Of a stretch of DNA of 32,000 bases, positions 29,812 through 32,000 are shown in pieces (position 1 is the stretch's first letter; each line of letters begins with the position of its first letter). The notes below the pieces were generated by a model. The model saw only the letters and a list, made by a program, of their open reading frames with translations. It did no database searches and was not told where the DNA came from. The position numbers and the translations under genes were made by a program. Location of the stretch: sequence record JABVCE010000078.1, one strand, 5' to 3'.

Positions 29812-29884
29812 TACCCCCAGGGGAATTCGAATCCCCGTTTTCTCCGTGAAAGGGAGGTGTCCTAGGCCTCTAGACGATGGGGGC
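29812..29884 (-). tRNA. trnE: tRNA-Glu (anticodon UUC), copy 2, inverted relative to copy 1
   Basis: The reverse complement is identical over all 73 nt to 9278-9350, and the 3 nt tct immediately 5' are also shared. Other flanks differ. Confidence 0.95.
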
Positions 29885-30096
29885 AGACTATCTTTTTTTT
29901 GATATAATATATATTATCTTTTTTTGAATTTTTTGTCAACAAAAAATTTTGCCATACTGTTTTTTTTTTGAGTTTTCAATTCTTTATTTTTTTTTCAAAA
30001 AATTTGAAGTTTTTTTTTAAATTGAATGAATTTTTTGATTATGCTAAGATAATAGATATGAAAAGATATTGTTTTATGAAAAAATTCAAAAAAAAT

Positions 30097-30168
30097 GCCG
30101 GGGTAGCTCAGTGGTAGAGCAGAGGATTGAAAATCCTTGTGTCACCAGTTCAATCCTGGTTCCTGGCA
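30097..30168 (+). tRNA. trnF: tRNA-Phe (anticodon GAA)
   Basis: gccggggtagctcagtggtagagcagaggattgaaaatccttgtgtcaccagttcaatcctggttcctggca. Close to the plastid trnF pattern. Confidence 0.92.
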
Positions 30169-30198
30169 AAAAATTTCCTCTTTGTGAAAAAAAATATT

Positions 30199-30243
30199 GT
30201 TCACATCACGTCACTTTACCTTTAGGTGAATAGATGAAGAAAA
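30199..30243. repeat. SDR unit downstream of trnF
   Basis: gttcacatcacgtcactttacctttaggtgaatagatgaagaaaa. Confidence 0.8.
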
Positions 30244-31115
30244 TTTTTTCTTGAAATAACAAATGAATTTCTTCTCTTCAAAAGCGGAGTATTTCAACCT
30301 TTTTTCTTTTTGTCCTTATAGGTCCAAAGTTTTTTGGAAATAGATGTTTTTTTCTTTTGTTTGAGAAATTTTGTAGAGTTCAAACTTTTCAAAAAAGAAA
30401 AAATAGAAACAAAATTCATTTTTCATAGACTTCATTTGTTCTTTTTTTGAATTTTCTTTTAGTCTATAAAAAATAATTATTCGTTTTATTAAATATGGCA
30501 GTACCAAGTGAGCTCCTTGTTTTTTTTCATTTTAAAAATGAAAAAAAGAAAAAGTAAGGAAAAACAAGTTCAATTTTTTCAAGAAATAGAAAACTAATTT
30601 TTTCAGAATTGAATTGATTCTGACTTTTTTTCTTCAAAAATTCAAAAAATTTCAAGAATTTTGGAAAAACTTTATTTTGGTTTTAAAGTTTTTTTTGAAT
30701 TTTGGAAAAGTTCAATCAAGTTTAGAAAAATTCTTGTTTTTCACTTAAAAAGGAGAAAATTTGAGGATTTATTTTTCAACAAATTTTTCACGAAAAAATC
30801 TTTTTTACGTAATATCTCAAAATCTTTCCAAAAACGCGAGAATTTAATTGCTGTTTTCTCTTGAAAGTGATATAATTTTAGAATACTAACTAAAGACTTT
30901 AAAAACTTTCAAAGTTTTGGAAAAATAGAAGAAAAAATTCAGAAAAAAATGTTTTTTGAGAAAAAAAGAATTTGACAACCTTTGTCAGAGAGTGCATTTT
31001 TCTCAAAAACTTCTTCTTTCTATTTTCATTTTTTTCAACTCGAAATAATAAGTTTTAAAAAATTAGCATTTTGCCAATACTTGTCTCCACTTTAAACATT
31101 TAAAATTTTCTTTGT

Positions 31116-31168
31116 CTATTCACCTTTTCACCTTTTCACCTTAAGGTGAAGGAATGAAAATGAAAAAA
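31116..31168. repeat. SDR cluster upstream of rpl23
   Basis: ctattcaccttttcaccttttcaccttaaggtgaaggaatgaaaatgaaaaaa, with tandem ttcacctt units. Confidence 0.85.
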
Positions 31169-31215
31169 GTTTGAAATGAGATTTTGATAAATAAAAGAAG
31201 AAAAAAAAAATATAT

Positions 31216-31569
31216 ATGAGTATTTCTGAAAAATCAACTGAAGAATTCAATCGTTGGAGAGAATTATTAAAAGCACATTTTTCTCCTGTAAATATGATGG
31301 CAGATTTTATTAAATATCCAGTAACAACTGAAAAATCGTATTTTTCAATGTTTAAAAATAAACAATATACATTTGATGTTGATTTAAGATTAACAAAACC
31401 TCAAATTAAAAAATTGTTTGAAACATTGTTTGGTGTTAATGTAATTGGAATTAATACACATCGACCACCACGTAAAAAAGTTCGTGCAGGTTTATCTGCT
31501 GGTTATAAACCAAATTATAAAAGAGTTATTTTAACATTAAAAGAAGGTCAATCAATTCAATTTTCATAG
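31216..31569 (+). CDS. rpl23: Ribosomal protein L23
   Basis: Conserved core [50 protein letters not shown]. The conserved region starts near Met27/28 (ATG 31294), so the first 26 residues of the track ORF may not be translated. Confidence 0.88.
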   Translation: MSISEKSTEEFNRWRELLKAHFSPVNMMADFIKYPVTTEKSYFSMFKNKQYTFDVDLRLTKPQIKKLFETLFGVNVIGINTHRPPRKKVRAGLSAGYKPNYKRVILTLKEGQSIQFS

Positions 31570-31821
31570 AAAAAAAGACAAACTTTTTTATTTTTTTCAT
31601 ACCCTACTCTTCATTTTCCAAAATTCAATTGGAAAAGTTTTTCAAAAACTCTAGTAGGTTTAGACCGTAATTCAATAGAAAAAAATTTTTCAATACATAA
31701 TGAGTGGTCAAAAATTTTTTTGCATCTTTTTTGTTCTCAAAAAAATTTGAAAAATCACAAAAAAAAATTTCAAATTTTATGTATTTTTTCTTTTCAGAGT
31801 GAAGTTTTTATTTTCAAATAT

Positions 31822-32000
31822 ATGGGAATTCGCTTTTTAAAAGCTTTTACACCAGGCACACGAAATAGATCGGTGTCTGATTTTCGTGAAATTACAACAA
31901 ACAAACCAGAAAAATCATTATCAAAAATGAAACATCGTTCAAAAGGACGTAATAATAGAGGTGTGATTACTTGTCGACATAAAGGGGGTGGTCACAAACG
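31822..32000 (+). CDS. rpl2: Ribosomal protein L2, 5' part (runs off the window end)
   Basis: Hand translation from the ATG at 31822: [59 protein letters not shown], the L2 N-terminal pattern. Confidence 0.9.
   Translation, partial: MGIRFLKAFTPGTRNRSVSDFREITTNKPEKSLSKMKHRSKGRNNRGVITCRHKGGGHK

Overview
This window is plastid (chloroplast) DNA from a green alga, not a bacterial accessory region. Gene content and order point to Chlorophyceae, probably Chlamydomonadales-like. psbE lacks psbF/L/J, atpB lacks atpE, petA sits next to petD, chlL, tufA and ccsA are present, clpP carries a very large in-frame insertion, and the spacers are full of short dispersed hairpin repeats. I support 22 protein genes: psbE, rps9, ycf4, ycf3, chlL, rpl36, petA, petD, rpoA, psaB, ccsA, psbZ, psbM, tufA, atpB, rps18, petB, rpoC1, clpP, rps4, rpl23 and the 5' part of rpl2. 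I also support 13 tRNA genes. psbM (35 codons) and the true rpl36 and psbZ frames fall below or are hidden in the ORF track. Everything from 230 to 26577 is on the + strand. A short minus-strand block (clpP-trnL-rps4-trnE) follows, then + again (trnF-rpl23-rpl2). No introns, rRNA genes, transposase, integrase or reverse-transcriptase ORFs, or CRISPR arrays are visible. I do not see a discrete new multi-gene system; every long ORF is a canonical plastid gene. Five things are worth a second look. (1) A family of short palindromic repeats with core TTCACC-loop-GGTGAA and an A-rich tail litters the spacers and also sits, translated, inside coding insertions of rpoC1 and clpP. (2) rpoC1 holds about 2.1 kb of open but unrecognisable sequence. 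(3) rps4 appears to carry a duplicated S4 RNA-binding domain. (4) Two identical inverted copies of trnE(UUC) lie 20.5 kb apart. (5) Unique long perfect hairpins follow most genes. All coordinates and motifs were read by eye from the sequence; no database search was possible.
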